Positions 19,908-30,260 of a stretch of DNA of 64,000 nt are shown piece after piece. Source of the stretch: a virus. The first letter of the stretch is position 1; the number at the start of each line of letters is the position of its first letter. The stretch covers positions 1 to 64,000 of IMG/VR virus record IMGVR_UViG_3300005731_000127. One strand, 5' to 3'. The notes below the pieces were generated by a model. The model searched no databases and was not told where the DNA came from. It was given only the letters and a program-made list of their open reading frames with translations. Position numbers and translations under genes: made by a program.

Positions 19908-20775
19908 TGCAGTGATGCCTGTTCATGACAATGATCGAGTTTATAGGAATACTGTGCCTTTTTGCTTTGATGGTCTTTACCAGCATACGGTTAATACGCC
20001 AATACTTAATGACGTTGATTATTATATGGGGCAGTTTAATGATAGCTCTAAACTAAGTCTAGATTATTTAGAAACTAATTTTAAGAATTTTAATAAATGT
20101 CCAGAAAGACATATTCTAGATATAGAAGGTGATTGGGCGTATCGTGATGTTCCAGAAGAGATATTTAAAACTGGATGTAAATTTATAATGAATGGCGTTA
20201 AGTCTAATTATAGTGAATACTTGCATAATATTTTTGTTCGCCCGACCTTTTCTAAGAATCTAATGAGCCTTGTTAAGAAAAAAGCGTTTTATCATCCTAA
20301 TTACAATCGCGTTTTTTCGTTTCGAGGACTGCCAGACCCACACGGAGTTAGAAATGAAATGAAGTGTTTTTTTGATGATAATGGTTTTGATAATAATATT
20401 CAATTTACTCATTCATGGAAAGGGTCGTCAAATGATAAAAAGGATCATTATAAATTTGCCGAAAATATTTTAGGCGGAACATTCAGTTTATGTCCGAGGG
20501 GAACAGGTGTTGATTCGGTTAGATTTTTGGAATCATGTTTTTATGGCAGGATTCCTATTGTAATTTCTGATAATATATGTTTTGGTCATGATTTTAATAA
20601 GCCATTTTACTTTCAAATGGATAGAATAGATAGTGCTGCAATAAACGAAATATCAAAATTGCCAATTAATGTAATTAATGAATACTCTAGAAACGCTGTT
20701 GAATTTTTCAATACTTATGTTAAAGAGTATTTTGCGGACCCAACATTACAATTTATAAAATGGAATAGTCGATGA
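19879..20775 (+). CDS. exostosin-family (GT47-like) glycosyltransferase
   Basis: FSLCPRGTGVDSVRFLESCFYGRIPIVISD. Confidence 0.85.
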   Translation: MIIHLHIYDNAVMPVHDNDRVYRNTVPFCFDGLYQHTVNTPILNDVDYYMGQFNDSSKLSLDYLETNFKNFNKCPERHILDIEGDWAYRDVPEEIFKTGCKFIMNGVKSNYSEYLHNIFVRPTFSKNLMSLVKKKAFYHPNYNRVFSFRGLPDPHGVRNEMKCFFDDNGFDNNIQFTHSWKGSSNDKKDHYKFAENILGGTFSLCPRGTGVDSVRFLESCFYGRIPIVISDNICFGHDFNKPFYFQMDRIDSAAINEISKLPINVINEYSRNAVEFFNTYVKEYFADPTLQFIKWNSR

Positions 20776-21380
20776 AAAATATCCTTTATAATGCTATGGA
20801 TAAAGAAGCTTCAAAACTACCGAATGGTGGCAAAATAAGCGATGGTGACCTGACTGGTCACGACATTAGAAATATAGTTAATAATATTTGTTCTAATTTT
20901 AAAATAAGGTATTTGGAGATAGGTCTTTATCGCGGTGGAATATTCTCCGCAGCTTTGTATAAAAATAAGATTGAAGCGGTTGGAATAGATAACTGGAGCC
21001 AAAACTGGTCATCACAAGATTCTAGATTAGTATTTATGGACCGCCTTAATGAGAATAGGGGTGAGAATACTGTTGAGATAATTGAAAGTGATTGCTGGGT
21101 TCCTAATCTTCTTGGCGACAAAAAATTCAACGTATATACATTTGACGGACCTCATGGTTGGCAGGACCAGTATGACGCTTTAGTTAAGTATATTGATAAT
21201 ATGGATGATAGATTTATTTACATAGTTGACGACTATGATATAGAAAAGTCTCCCGAAGTTGTTGATGCTGTGCAGCAGTCTATTAAAGACTTGAATTTAA
21301 AAATAACAGATGATTATACCTTTAGAGCCGGATACGGTTATCACGAAGGTGTCTATTTTGCAAGCTTGGAGAAAGAATGA
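20772..21380 (+). CDS. class I SAM-dependent methyltransferase
   Basis: YLEIGLYRG, IDNW, FDGPH, IVDD. Confidence 0.8.
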   Translation: MKNILYNAMDKEASKLPNGGKISDGDLTGHDIRNIVNNICSNFKIRYLEIGLYRGGIFSAALYKNKIEAVGIDNWSQNWSSQDSRLVFMDRLNENRGENTVEIIESDCWVPNLLGDKKFNVYTFDGPHGWQDQYDALVKYIDNMDDRFIYIVDDYDIEKSPEVVDAVQQSIKDLNLKITDDYTFRAGYGYHEGVYFASLEKE

Positions 21381-22291
21381 AAATTTTAACAGTATATAAT
21401 ACATGCGGAATTAATGGCGATAAAATTGATTGGTATATTCAGTGTATTGAAAGTATTTTAAGACAAGATTATAAAAACCAAAAAGTTGTTGTTTCTTCGT
21501 GTCTTAATTCGGAAGACTGTATGCGAAGATTAAAGAAGAAATTTGGCGATAAGATTATTGTTTGTTTATATAGAGATAGGTATATAGTTAATACCACTTT
21601 TAATAAGACGGTTCTTGAGTTTGGTAAAGATTGTGATGCTTACTTTTTCTTGGATTCTGGAGTTGATTTAGGTGATGACACTTCCGTCCTAAGTCAAATG
21701 GTAGAAAGGCTTTCTGACAGTTCTATGGTTTCTGTTCAAACAGATACTGATACTGGTTTTGAGTCTATTGGGTTAAAGCAAGATAGTGACATAAGTCAGG
21801 TAAAAGAAGATATAGAGATTCCTGTTGGAAAAGGCATCAATCTTCATTGTCAGCTATTTTCTAGAGATATATTAGATACTTTTGGTCTAGTCATTCCTGA
21901 TGTTTTTGCCGCTTATTGTACTGAAAGCACTTTTTCGTTTCTTAATGCCTGCGTGGAGAAAAAATGGAAAATAATTAAGGACGTAATTGTTCATCACAAT
22001 AAAGCCGTTGACGGTCCATCATCGTCACAACCCCATTGGTCGCCAGTACATAGAACTCCTTGGAATAATTTACTTTATGGCAGGGATGCTAGAGATTTTA
22101 TTCATGATCCGCAGGCTATTAGCGCCGGATTAGGTTACGAAGAATGTGGCAAAATAATGCTTCATGATGATTCGGCTTATTCTAACGGAATACCAAAACA
22201 CAAACAAGAATTAATAGACTCAGTTAAAAAGTATTTTTATTCAAACAAAGAAGAACTTAATTATGCCATCATCAACACGACAATATTCTAA
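21377..22291 (+). CDS. GT-A fold glycosyltransferase-like protein
   Basis: IESILRQDY, YFFLDSG. Confidence 0.6.
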   Translation: MKILTVYNTCGINGDKIDWYIQCIESILRQDYKNQKVVVSSCLNSEDCMRRLKKKFGDKIIVCLYRDRYIVNTTFNKTVLEFGKDCDAYFFLDSGVDLGDDTSVLSQMVERLSDSSMVSVQTDTDTGFESIGLKQDSDISQVKEDIEIPVGKGINLHCQLFSRDILDTFGLVIPDVFAAYCTESTFSFLNACVEKKWKIIKDVIVHHNKAVDGPSSSQPHWSPVHRTPWNNLLYGRDARDFIHDPQAISAGLGYEECGKIMLHDDSAYSNGIPKHKQELIDSVKKYFYSNKEELNYAIINTTIF

Positions 22292-22742
22292 ACATATAGA
22301 AAATCGCGGATCAATATATACGACTTATAATGAATCTGATTTTCCGACGATCAAATTTGTTCAGGATAAGGTGTCCGTTTCTAAAAAAGGCGTGATTCGC
22401 GGATTTCATGGTGACGACAAAACTTATAAACTAATAACATGTCTTCATGGAGTGTTTGATTTAGTAGTATTTGACATGGATAAACAAATAACTCAAAAGT
22501 ACCATTTGAATTCAGAAGATGATTTTTGTAACTCCATTCTTGTTCCGCCGCGACATCTTAATGGTCATCAGTGTTTATCAGAAGAATGTGTGCTACATTA
22601 TAAATGGAGCGAGTATTATAATCTCGGAGGACAATATAGCGTGTATTATAATGATGAAACAATAAATCCACAATGGAGGCGTCTTAACAAAACGCTTGTT
22701 TCTGAACGAGACATGTCAGCACCTAGTTTTTTGGATTTATAA
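22263..22742 (+). CDS. rmlC: dTDP-4-dehydrorhamnose 3,5-epimerase family
   Basis: RGS..FVQD..S.SKKGVIRGFHG..KLITCLHG. Confidence 0.88.
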   Translation: MPSSTRQYSKHIENRGSIYTTYNESDFPTIKFVQDKVSVSKKGVIRGFHGDDKTYKLITCLHGVFDLVVFDMDKQITQKYHLNSEDDFCNSILVPPRHLNGHQCLSEECVLHYKWSEYYNLGGQYSVYYNDETINPQWRRLNKTLVSERDMSAPSFLDL

Positions 22743-23407
22743 TGTTATCAGTAATAGTTGTGAGTAAAAACCGGCACTCTATCTTACAAAGATGCTTAAA
22801 ATCAATAGTTGATAATAGCACAAATATAGATTTATGGGTTGGTTATGACAATGATGACGAACTAACAAATGAAATAGGATTATTTTTTGGAGCTAAAACA
22901 GCCTCGTCAAAAGAATCAGGAAATAGGCATAAGTATCTATTAAACCCAATATCTAATGCGTGTAGTGGTGACTATGTTATTTCTATAAATGACGATGTCG
23001 AGGTAATGACGAAAGATTTTGACATCATTATAAATGATACGATGCATAGTAATTTCTGTAAAGGTATTGGTTATGGTATTTGTAAAGAGTCTTGGTCTAT
23101 AGGAAATGCAAAAAAAGACTGGGAAGAATCTTTAGGTCATCCATATGCGTGTTATCCGGTTTTAACAAGATCGTTAATTAACGCACTTGGATATTTTATG
23201 CCTCCACAGATATCTGGTCCCGGAGCCGATATAGCTTTGTCATCAGTTATTTTTGGTGCTGACAATCCACAGTTTTGCAATATTAGTGTCGATATTTTTG
23301 ATCACGCTTATGTGTCTGATAAAAACCAATCCAGACATTATAATAATTATACAAATCAAGACCTAAATAAAGATATTGAGAAAATAAATGCACATACTAA
23401 TAATTAA
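22742..23407 (+). CDS. GT2-like glycosyltransferase
   Basis: LSVIVVSKNR, GDYVISINDD. Confidence 0.75.
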   Translation: MLSVIVVSKNRHSILQRCLKSIVDNSTNIDLWVGYDNDDELTNEIGLFFGAKTASSKESGNRHKYLLNPISNACSGDYVISINDDVEVMTKDFDIIINDTMHSNFCKGIGYGICKESWSIGNAKKDWEESLGHPYACYPVLTRSLINALGYFMPPQISGPGADIALSSVIFGADNPQFCNISVDIFDHAYVSDKNQSRHYNNYTNQDLNKDIEKINAHTNN

Positions 23408-24896
23408 TCCTAGTTCAGCAAGTTTGTATCAGGATTTAAAAAAAGATTTTTCAGCAAAAGAGCCGAATATATGGGCTGGTCTTTTAGCAAACGCGGTACG
23501 GTCTCGGCATAAAGTTACAATCTACGATATGGAGATAGAGAAGCCCTCCGCTCATAAGTTTGCATGTGATATTAAGTCGATTGATCCTGCTTTTCTTTTA
23601 TTTGTTGCTACGGGGCAGAATCCAAATGCTTCGACAGCAGCAATGCACGGAGCTACTTTAGCTGCTAAAAGTTTACGTGATTATGGGGTTCGAGAAAAGA
23701 TAGCATTTATCGGTCCTCACGTTAATGCCCTGCCTTACGAAACTTTAGAAAAACATGAAGATATTGATATCGTTTTTTGTAATGAAGGAATTTATGCTCT
23801 CAAAAATTTACTTAATACAGATTTGTCCGATGAGTCGCTAAAAAGCGTTAATGGTATTTATTGGAAAAATGAGGAACGGGAAATAGTAATGAATCCTCCG
23901 GAGATGATCGTTCCTCAAGATATGTTAGAACAAGATATGCCGGGTATAGCTTATGACTTAATGCCTTCTCTTGATAAGTACAGAACTAGTCCGTGGCATA
24001 CTAATTTTAAAGGCGGGACTTCTCCGTTTGCCAGTATTTATACTAGTCTTGGGTGTTTTTCAAGATGTTCGTTTTGTATGATTAATTCAATCAATAGAAT
24101 ATCAAATGACACAAAAGATAAAAAGTATTCCGCTGCTGACTTTAATATCTTTAGATATTGGAATCCAGAGTTTACAATTAAACAACTAGAGTATTTATCC
24201 GAGAATGGCGTTTATAATCTAAAAATTGCTGATGAAATGTTTGTTTATAGACCAAAGCATTTTATGAGATTATGCGAATTAATAAAAGAAAGGGGTCTTG
24301 ATTTTAATATTTGGGCTTATAGTCGTGTCGATACAGCAAAGCCTCATTATCTTGAAACTCTAAGAGAAGCTGGTGTTAGGCATTTGGCTTTAGGTATAGA
24401 GTCTGCAAATCAAACAGTAAGACAGGAGATAGACAAAGGCAGATTCAAGGAAATAAACATTAGGGATATTGTTGATGAAATAAATAAAAGCGATATAGGG
24501 GTTGGTGGAAATTTTATAGTAGGATTGCAAGGTGATTCGTATGAAACAATGCAGCAAACAATGAATTTAGCATTTGAATTGGATTTAGCGAATATGAACG
24601 TTTACTGTTCTACAGCGTTGCCGGGGAGTCCTTTGTATTTGCAGGCTAAACAAGAGGGGAGATTTTTGCCAGAAAAATATTCTGAGTTTGGTTTCTTAAG
24701 TTATGATCATATTCCTGATAGTACAGAATTTTTAACTTCAAAAGAAGTTTTACAATTTCGTGATTATTTCTTTGATTCGTACTTTACAAATCCCGGCGTT
24801 CTTAATAGAATGAATAAGAAGTATGGTGAAAAATCCGTAGAAAACATAAACAAGATGACATCAATAAAACTCAAAAGAAAATTGTTAGGTGATTAA
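23388..24896 (+). CDS. B12-binding radical SAM enzyme
   Basis: N-terminal cobalamin domain (GPHVNALP), CFSRCSFC, LGIES. Confidence 0.9.
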   Translation: MHILIINPSSASLYQDLKKDFSAKEPNIWAGLLANAVRSRHKVTIYDMEIEKPSAHKFACDIKSIDPAFLLFVATGQNPNASTAAMHGATLAAKSLRDYGVREKIAFIGPHVNALPYETLEKHEDIDIVFCNEGIYALKNLLNTDLSDESLKSVNGIYWKNEEREIVMNPPEMIVPQDMLEQDMPGIAYDLMPSLDKYRTSPWHTNFKGGTSPFASIYTSLGCFSRCSFCMINSINRISNDTKDKKYSAADFNIFRYWNPEFTIKQLEYLSENGVYNLKIADEMFVYRPKHFMRLCELIKERGLDFNIWAYSRVDTAKPHYLETLREAGVRHLALGIESANQTVRQEIDKGRFKEINIRDIVDEINKSDIGVGGNFIVGLQGDSYETMQQTMNLAFELDLANMNVYCSTALPGSPLYLQAKQEGRFLPEKYSEFGFLSYDHIPDSTEFLTSKEVLQFRDYFFDSYFTNPGVLNRMNKKYGEKSVENINKMTSIKLKRKLLGD

Positions 24897-25415
24897 ATGA
24901 AAAAATGTTTGATTATTACGTGGGAAAAATTTCAGGACCATGAGGTTATTTACCCATATTATTCTGCTAAAGAGCATGGGTACGAAGTAACTGTAGCAGC
25001 AAATAAACCCGGAAAAATTTTTGGAATACTAGGCTGTCATATCAATTGTGATATTCCATGCGATTCGCTTTACAATAAGAGTGTAGATGATTACGATTTA
25101 GTAATTATTCCCGGAGGCGTTAAAGCTCTTGAAAAATTAAGATTGAATAATCCAGCGGTTGAGTTTGTTAAAAAATGGATGAATGCCGATAAGCCGACTT
25201 TTGTCCTGTGTAATGGTCCTCAACTGCTGATTACGGCAGATGTTCTTAAAGGAAGAACTATAACCGGGTATTATGCTATCGAAAAAGATATAGAAAATGC
25301 CGGTGCTACATATAGTCATGACGATGTTGTTGTTGATGGTAATTTAGTTTCTTGCCCTCATTACGATTTTATGGGCGAATGGCTACTAGCTGGGTATGAG
25401 TCAATTGATAGTTAA
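24897..25415 (+). CDS. DJ-1/PfpI family protein
   Basis: FQDHE, IIPGG, LCNGP, VVVDGNLVS. Confidence 0.9.
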   Translation: MKKCLIITWEKFQDHEVIYPYYSAKEHGYEVTVAANKPGKIFGILGCHINCDIPCDSLYNKSVDDYDLVIIPGGVKALEKLRLNNPAVEFVKKWMNADKPTFVLCNGPQLLITADVLKGRTITGYYAIEKDIENAGATYSHDDVVVDGNLVSCPHYDFMGEWLLAGYESIDS

Positions 25416-25995
25416 AAAACCTTGGGGTTACGAGTATCCTGCTTTCGAGAATGATGAAGTAGGAATATGGATTCTTCGTATTAAGAGCGGGGAATCTACA
25501 TCCTTACACTGTCATCCAAATAAAGAAACGGGGTTGATTGTGTTGCAAGGTATTGTGGCTATTGACTTTATGAATCACAGGATTATTAAATATAGTGAAG
25601 AAAAAACGATGCTTCGTCGTGGATTATTTCATAAATCTACTGCAATGAATGGTGATGCCGTATTGTTAGAAATAGAAGCTCCTAATAATAAGACGGATTT
25701 AGTAAGGCTTGAGGATAAGTATAATAGGAATTCAGACTACGAAGAATCATCGGAAGAACCTTCTGAGTTAGACCTTTCAAGACCTTGCAAATTTAATTTG
25801 TCGGAGTTTAACTATCACAAAGTAACAAATAAAAAAGAAATAGGATGGGCTAAGTTATTCATATTTACTAAAGGAGGGCTTAAGTGTGGTGACGATATGA
25901 TTGTCAAAGCTGGTGATGTTCTAGAATTTAACACACTCAAAAGACTCCTTGACAAGTTTGATTTAATTGACACGGAGTATATTACAATATGCTAA
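25396..25995 (+). CDS. cupin (mannose-6-P isomerase-like)
   Basis: KPWGYE, TSLHCHPNK, DLVRLED. Confidence 0.8.
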   Translation: MSQLIVKKPWGYEYPAFENDEVGIWILRIKSGESTSLHCHPNKETGLIVLQGIVAIDFMNHRIIKYSEEKTMLRRGLFHKSTAMNGDAVLLEIEAPNNKTDLVRLEDKYNRNSDYEESSEEPSELDLSRPCKFNLSEFNYHKVTNKKEIGWAKLFIFTKGGLKCGDDMIVKAGDVLEFNTLKRLLDKFDLIDTEYITIC

Positions 25996-26792
25996 AAATT
26001 GATAAAAATAAAATTATAAAAAGGGCTTTATTTTGTAGGTCTTTTGAGGACTGTTTGTATGATCAGATTAAAAAAGGTAATATAAATATTCCGGTTTATC
26101 TTTCTGCTGGACAAGAAATAATTCCCGCAGTGATAAGTAGCATCTGTGAAAAAATGAATATCAAACCTATGATATTTGCTCAACATAGGTGTCACTCTAC
26201 TTATATATCTTTTGGCGGCGATTATATACGTCTCATTCATGAGTTGTTAGGTCTACCAACTGGATGCTCTAATGGTATGGGTGGATCGGCATCTATTCAT
26301 GATCAGAAAATAAAGATGTTTGGTCACGATGGTATGATGGGCAGCAATATCCCAATAGGTACAGGGGCGTGCCATGCCTCTAAGCAGCCAACGATTGTTT
26401 TTGCCGGTGATGCCGCAGCCGAAGAGGATTATGCATTGTCGTCATATGGATGGGCGGCGACTCACAACCTTCCTATTTTATTCGTTGTCGAGGATAATAA
26501 TCTTTCTATCTTAACAGAAAAATCCGTTAGGCGAAATTGGGAAATAGCACCGGTATCTCAGGCTATGGGTGTAGAGTCTTATTCTATAATAGATACACAA
26601 GAGCAGATAATTAAGTATTCACAAAATTTCTTTAAAGGTCCGGTTCTTCTCAATATTGAGACGGTTAGAAAGTATTGGCATTCTGGAGCCGGAACTGATG
26701 GAGATCAATATGATCATCTAAGAGATTACGACTTAACTCCATTTAAGAATGTTATTAATCAACAATGGGAAAAGGCTTTAAGGTTACTATGA
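25989..26792 (+). CDS. TPP-dependent dehydrogenase E1 alpha-like subunit
   Basis: YLSAGQE, HRCH, GMGGS, GDAAAEE..EDNN TPP motif. Confidence 0.88.
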   Translation: MLKIDKNKIIKRALFCRSFEDCLYDQIKKGNINIPVYLSAGQEIIPAVISSICEKMNIKPMIFAQHRCHSTYISFGGDYIRLIHELLGLPTGCSNGMGGSASIHDQKIKMFGHDGMMGSNIPIGTGACHASKQPTIVFAGDAAAEEDYALSSYGWAATHNLPILFVVEDNNLSILTEKSVRRNWEIAPVSQAMGVESYSIIDTQEQIIKYSQNFFKGPVLLNIETVRKYWHSGAGTDGDQYDHLRDYDLTPFKNVINQQWEKALRLL

Positions 26793-27682
26793 AACTAAAA
26801 GACAAAATATCTGAGATAACAAAGAAGCATTTACTTGACGGTAATTTGCTGTATGGTCAATGCCTCACTGCTGTTGGGAATGTTGGTGGAACAGTTCCGG
26901 ATATGGAGGATAACCACGGAATAGTTGAGCTATCAATGGCTGATGTTGCTGGTGGCGCTTTTGTTGTTGGTGGCGGTCTTATGGGGAAAAGACCGATCTA
27001 CGTCATTAGGTATCAGGGGTTTTCTTGGTACAATATGATTAGTATAGTTAATTATGCCGCAAAAAGCAAAGAGATGTGGGGTGTCCCTTGTCCTATTTTA
27101 GTGCGGTCTATTGCGATGGAAGGTGCTATCGGTCCTGTTGCCGGAAGTTCTCATCATAGTGCGTTTTATAGAATGCCGGGGATCAAGATATATTCGCCAA
27201 TGACTCCGGGCGAATATCAGTCTATGTATGATGATTTTATGCAGGATGATTCTGTCTACTATGTTTCAGAGCATCGCGGAGCATATGACGTGGATTATGA
27301 ATTAAATAACATTACATTTGAAAAACCGGACGTGTGTTTGTATCCTGTTTCTATAACTAGACTTGCGGCGATGGAGGTGTCGAAGAGATTACAAGACGAA
27401 GGTATCAATGTCGCCGTATATCATCAAAGAAAACTTACAGATCACGCTCAAGACGAGGAAGTTCAAGCTGCGGCACAAGCTAAAGTATCACTTGTTTTAG
27501 ATGATGACTATTCTCAGGGTGTTGCTACTAATATAGCTTATAACATACAAAAAGAAAGTGATATCAAATTAAACATATTCCCACTAGGACTAGAGAAAAA
27601 ATCGGCGGGATTTGCTAAACATTTAGATAATCTTCCTCCGGACGCTAATAAGATTTATGATTATATAAAGGGGTTGCTATGA
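26789..27682 (+). CDS. TPP-dependent dehydrogenase E1 beta-like subunit
   Basis: Follows the alpha subunit; GSSHHS, PGIKIYSPMTP, EHR. Confidence 0.85.
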   Translation: MKLKDKISEITKKHLLDGNLLYGQCLTAVGNVGGTVPDMEDNHGIVELSMADVAGGAFVVGGGLMGKRPIYVIRYQGFSWYNMISIVNYAAKSKEMWGVPCPILVRSIAMEGAIGPVAGSSHHSAFYRMPGIKIYSPMTPGEYQSMYDDFMQDDSVYYVSEHRGAYDVDYELNNITFEKPDVCLYPVSITRLAAMEVSKRLQDEGINVAVYHQRKLTDHAQDEEVQAAAQAKVSLVLDDDYSQGVATNIAYNIQKESDIKLNIFPLGLEKKSAGFAKHLDNLPPDANKIYDYIKGLL

Positions 27683-28260
27683 AATATTTTTGTGTGCTTT
27701 TTCTTTTACTTGTTAGCACCGTAGGTGCATATGCCGAATCACCATATGTCCAAATATTAGATGAAAATTGGAATAATCATTCCGGGGTAGTAATTAAGTC
27801 CGGAAAAATTATTGAAGTTCTAACGTGTTCGCACATGGTTATGCTTAACGAGTCAAAACGTATTAATGTTAAGTTTTTTAACGGTGAAGAATACATAAGC
27901 CTTCCGGCTAAAATTAAAAAAATAGATCATTCTAGGGATTTAATGCTGCTATCCGTTGAGAACAGGGCTACTATAATAGTAGATTCTGTTAAAATAAGTG
28001 ATTCTGTTGAGAATGTCAACTGTATTATATATGGGTATTCTTTTAAGGATAGAAAAATTATTCAGGCTACATACAGTCCGGTGGTTGCTACAGCGGATGG
28101 TCACGAACTGTATTCATTTAAGGGGTTTGGTGTTTCTGGAATGTCGGGGTCGGCTATATTATCAAACAATAAAATTATTTCAATTCAATCCGCTGGAAAA
28201 AACGGTAGTATTATTGGAGCAAGTATTAAAGAGATTAAGGAATTTTTAAAGGAAAAATAA
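27679..28260 (+). CDS. exported trypsin-like serine protease
   Basis: Signal peptide; LTCSH, DLMLL, GMSGS triad. Confidence 0.8.
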   Translation: MKYFCVLFLLLVSTVGAYAESPYVQILDENWNNHSGVVIKSGKIIEVLTCSHMVMLNESKRINVKFFNGEEYISLPAKIKKIDHSRDLMLLSVENRATIIVDSVKISDSVENVNCIIYGYSFKDRKIIQATYSPVVATADGHELYSFKGFGVSGMSGSAILSNNKIISIQSAGKNGSIIGASIKEIKEFLKEK

Positions 28261-28727
28261 TGTTAACACAAGAACAAGAATCTACAAATTATCATACTTT
28301 TAGGCATATTGAAAGAGTTCGTAATCTTTTGGGTCGAACTATATCTAAACTATTAGTGCGTGCTGAAAAACATGATCAGTCTAAACTAGAATCGCCGGAA
28401 GTTGAATTATTTACAGAGTTTACAGATAAATTAAAGGATTGTGAATATGGAAGTGATGAATACAATGGTTATCTAAAAAAGATGCAAGTCGCATTAAATC
28501 ATCATTATGCAAATAATTCTCATCATCCGGAGCATTACGAAAAAGGAATTAATGATATGAGTTTGATGGACTTGATTGAAATGTTTGTGGACTGGAAAGC
28601 TGCTAGTGAAAGACATAATACCGGAAATATTCTTAAGTCAATTAAGGTTAACGCCGACAGATTTGGCATGAGTCCTCAGTTAGTAAAAATATTTGAAAAC
28701 ACAGCAAAGGAATTTGATGGTGAATAG
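28260..28727 (+). CDS. DUF5662-like (HD-related) protein
   Basis: HDQSK, HHYANNSHHPEHY, EMFVDW. Confidence 0.8.
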   Translation: MLTQEQESTNYHTFRHIERVRNLLGRTISKLLVRAEKHDQSKLESPEVELFTEFTDKLKDCEYGSDEYNGYLKKMQVALNHHYANNSHHPEHYEKGINDMSLMDLIEMFVDWKAASERHNTGNILKSIKVNADRFGMSPQLVKIFENTAKEFDGE

Positions 28728-29850
28728 AATAGAATTCGGTGAAGTCAGAATAGGCGAAAAAGCATTAGATAACCTAAAACATTGCTGTGAAACCAATTGG
28801 GTATCTGGTGGGCCAAAAGTTAAAGAGTTTGAAAGAAAGTGGAATGATCTTTTTGATTACGAGGATAGTGTCGCCGTAAGTTCTGGTACGGATGCTGTAA
28901 TAAATGCATGTTTAGCATTATACGATTTTGGTGCAAAACGTGGTGATGAAATTATTGTGCCAGCACTTTCTTTTATAGCAACTTCTAATGCTGTACGTGC
29001 TGCCGGATTTACTCCTGTATTTGTTGATGTAGATATTGAGACTCTCAACATTGATGTGTCTAAAATTAAATCCGCTATCACAGATAAGACTGTGGCTATT
29101 ATTGCCGTTCATACAATGGGTAAAATGTGTGAAATGGATGTTATCTGTGGAATTGCGGAAGATTATGGCTTTAAAGTCATAGAGGATGCCGCAGAAGCTC
29201 ATGGTGCGTCCTATCAGGGCATTAGGGTAGGCAAATGGGGTGATGCATCAACATATTCATTCTACGTTGCTCATCTCGTTTGCTGTGGTGAGGGCGGAAT
29301 GGTTTCGTGCAATACTCAAGAATACGCCAACATAATAAAATCAACACGATCTCATGGAAGACCTCATGACTCAATTTATTTTAATCATTTAAGAACTGGT
29401 ATTAATTCTAAGATGAATGACTTGGAGGCTTCTATTGGTCTTGAGGCGATAGATGTTTTTTGGAAAACTTTTAATACTCGACATAAAACAATGCTAGATA
29501 TTAGAGAAGCATGTCGCGGATTTGAGGATGTGGCAATTTTCTCTGAACAGGAAAGTGGCGATGTTAATTGTCCTCATGGTTTTAGCGTCACATGTGTAGA
29601 TACTGGAAGAATTAATATTATAAAAACCACTTTGGATAAATACAATATTCATCATAAGAGAAATTTTGGATGTATTCCAACTCAACATAAAGCGTTCTCA
29701 GATATGGGATATTCTTTGGGTGATTTTCCCGCTGCCGAGTGGATTGGCGATAATGGTATTCATATAGGTTGCCATCAATATTTGACTGAAGAAAATATAG
29801 ATAGAATTAAAATAGCACTTAAAGAAGGACTATCTCAATGCACACTGTAA
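28717..29850 (+). CDS. DegT/DnrJ/EryC1/StrS PLP-dependent sugar enzyme
   Basis: VSSGTDA, IEDAAEAHGA, SFYVAH (His in place of catalytic Lys, ColD/E1-like), GEGG. Confidence 0.9.
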   Translation: MVNRIEFGEVRIGEKALDNLKHCCETNWVSGGPKVKEFERKWNDLFDYEDSVAVSSGTDAVINACLALYDFGAKRGDEIIVPALSFIATSNAVRAAGFTPVFVDVDIETLNIDVSKIKSAITDKTVAIIAVHTMGKMCEMDVICGIAEDYGFKVIEDAAEAHGASYQGIRVGKWGDASTYSFYVAHLVCCGEGGMVSCNTQEYANIIKSTRSHGRPHDSIYFNHLRTGINSKMNDLEASIGLEAIDVFWKTFNTRHKTMLDIREACRGFEDVAIFSEQESGDVNCPHGFSVTCVDTGRINIIKTTLDKYNIHHKRNFGCIPTQHKAFSDMGYSLGDFPAAEWIGDNGIHIGCHQYLTEENIDRIKIALKEGLSQCTL

Positions 29851-30260
29851 TGAAAACTTGGGGGTATGAGAAATGGATAGAGAACAATTCGGAATATTGT
29901 TGTAAGCTATTGCATGTGCTGCCGAAAAAGTTTTGCTCAGTTCATTTTCACAAAAAAAAGAAAGAAACATTCTATATTACAAAAGGTTCGTTTTTTTTAA
30001 AAGTTTTTGTGCCAGATAAAAAAGATATTGAAGTATTAAAAAATTTTGACGGCATAAACCTTAATGATGAACTTACTGCTATTTTGTATAAATTTGATAA
30101 CAGTCCTTGGAACTATACTTTAACTGAAGGTGAGTCATTTTCTATAGATAGATATACATTACATACATTTTCGTCGGCATCAAAAATGCACTGTGAATTT
30201 ATTGAAGCATCAACGTATCACGAAGATTCGGATTCATACAGATTAAGGAAAAGTACGTGA
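29838..30260 (+). CDS. cupin (sugar isomerase-like)
   Basis: KTWGYE, SVHFHKKKKETF, DSDSYR. Confidence 0.75.
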   Translation: MHTVMKTWGYEKWIENNSEYCCKLLHVLPKKFCSVHFHKKKKETFYITKGSFFLKVFVPDKKDIEVLKNFDGINLNDELTAILYKFDNSPWNYTLTEGESFSIDRYTLHTFSSASKMHCEFIEASTYHEDSDSYRLRKST

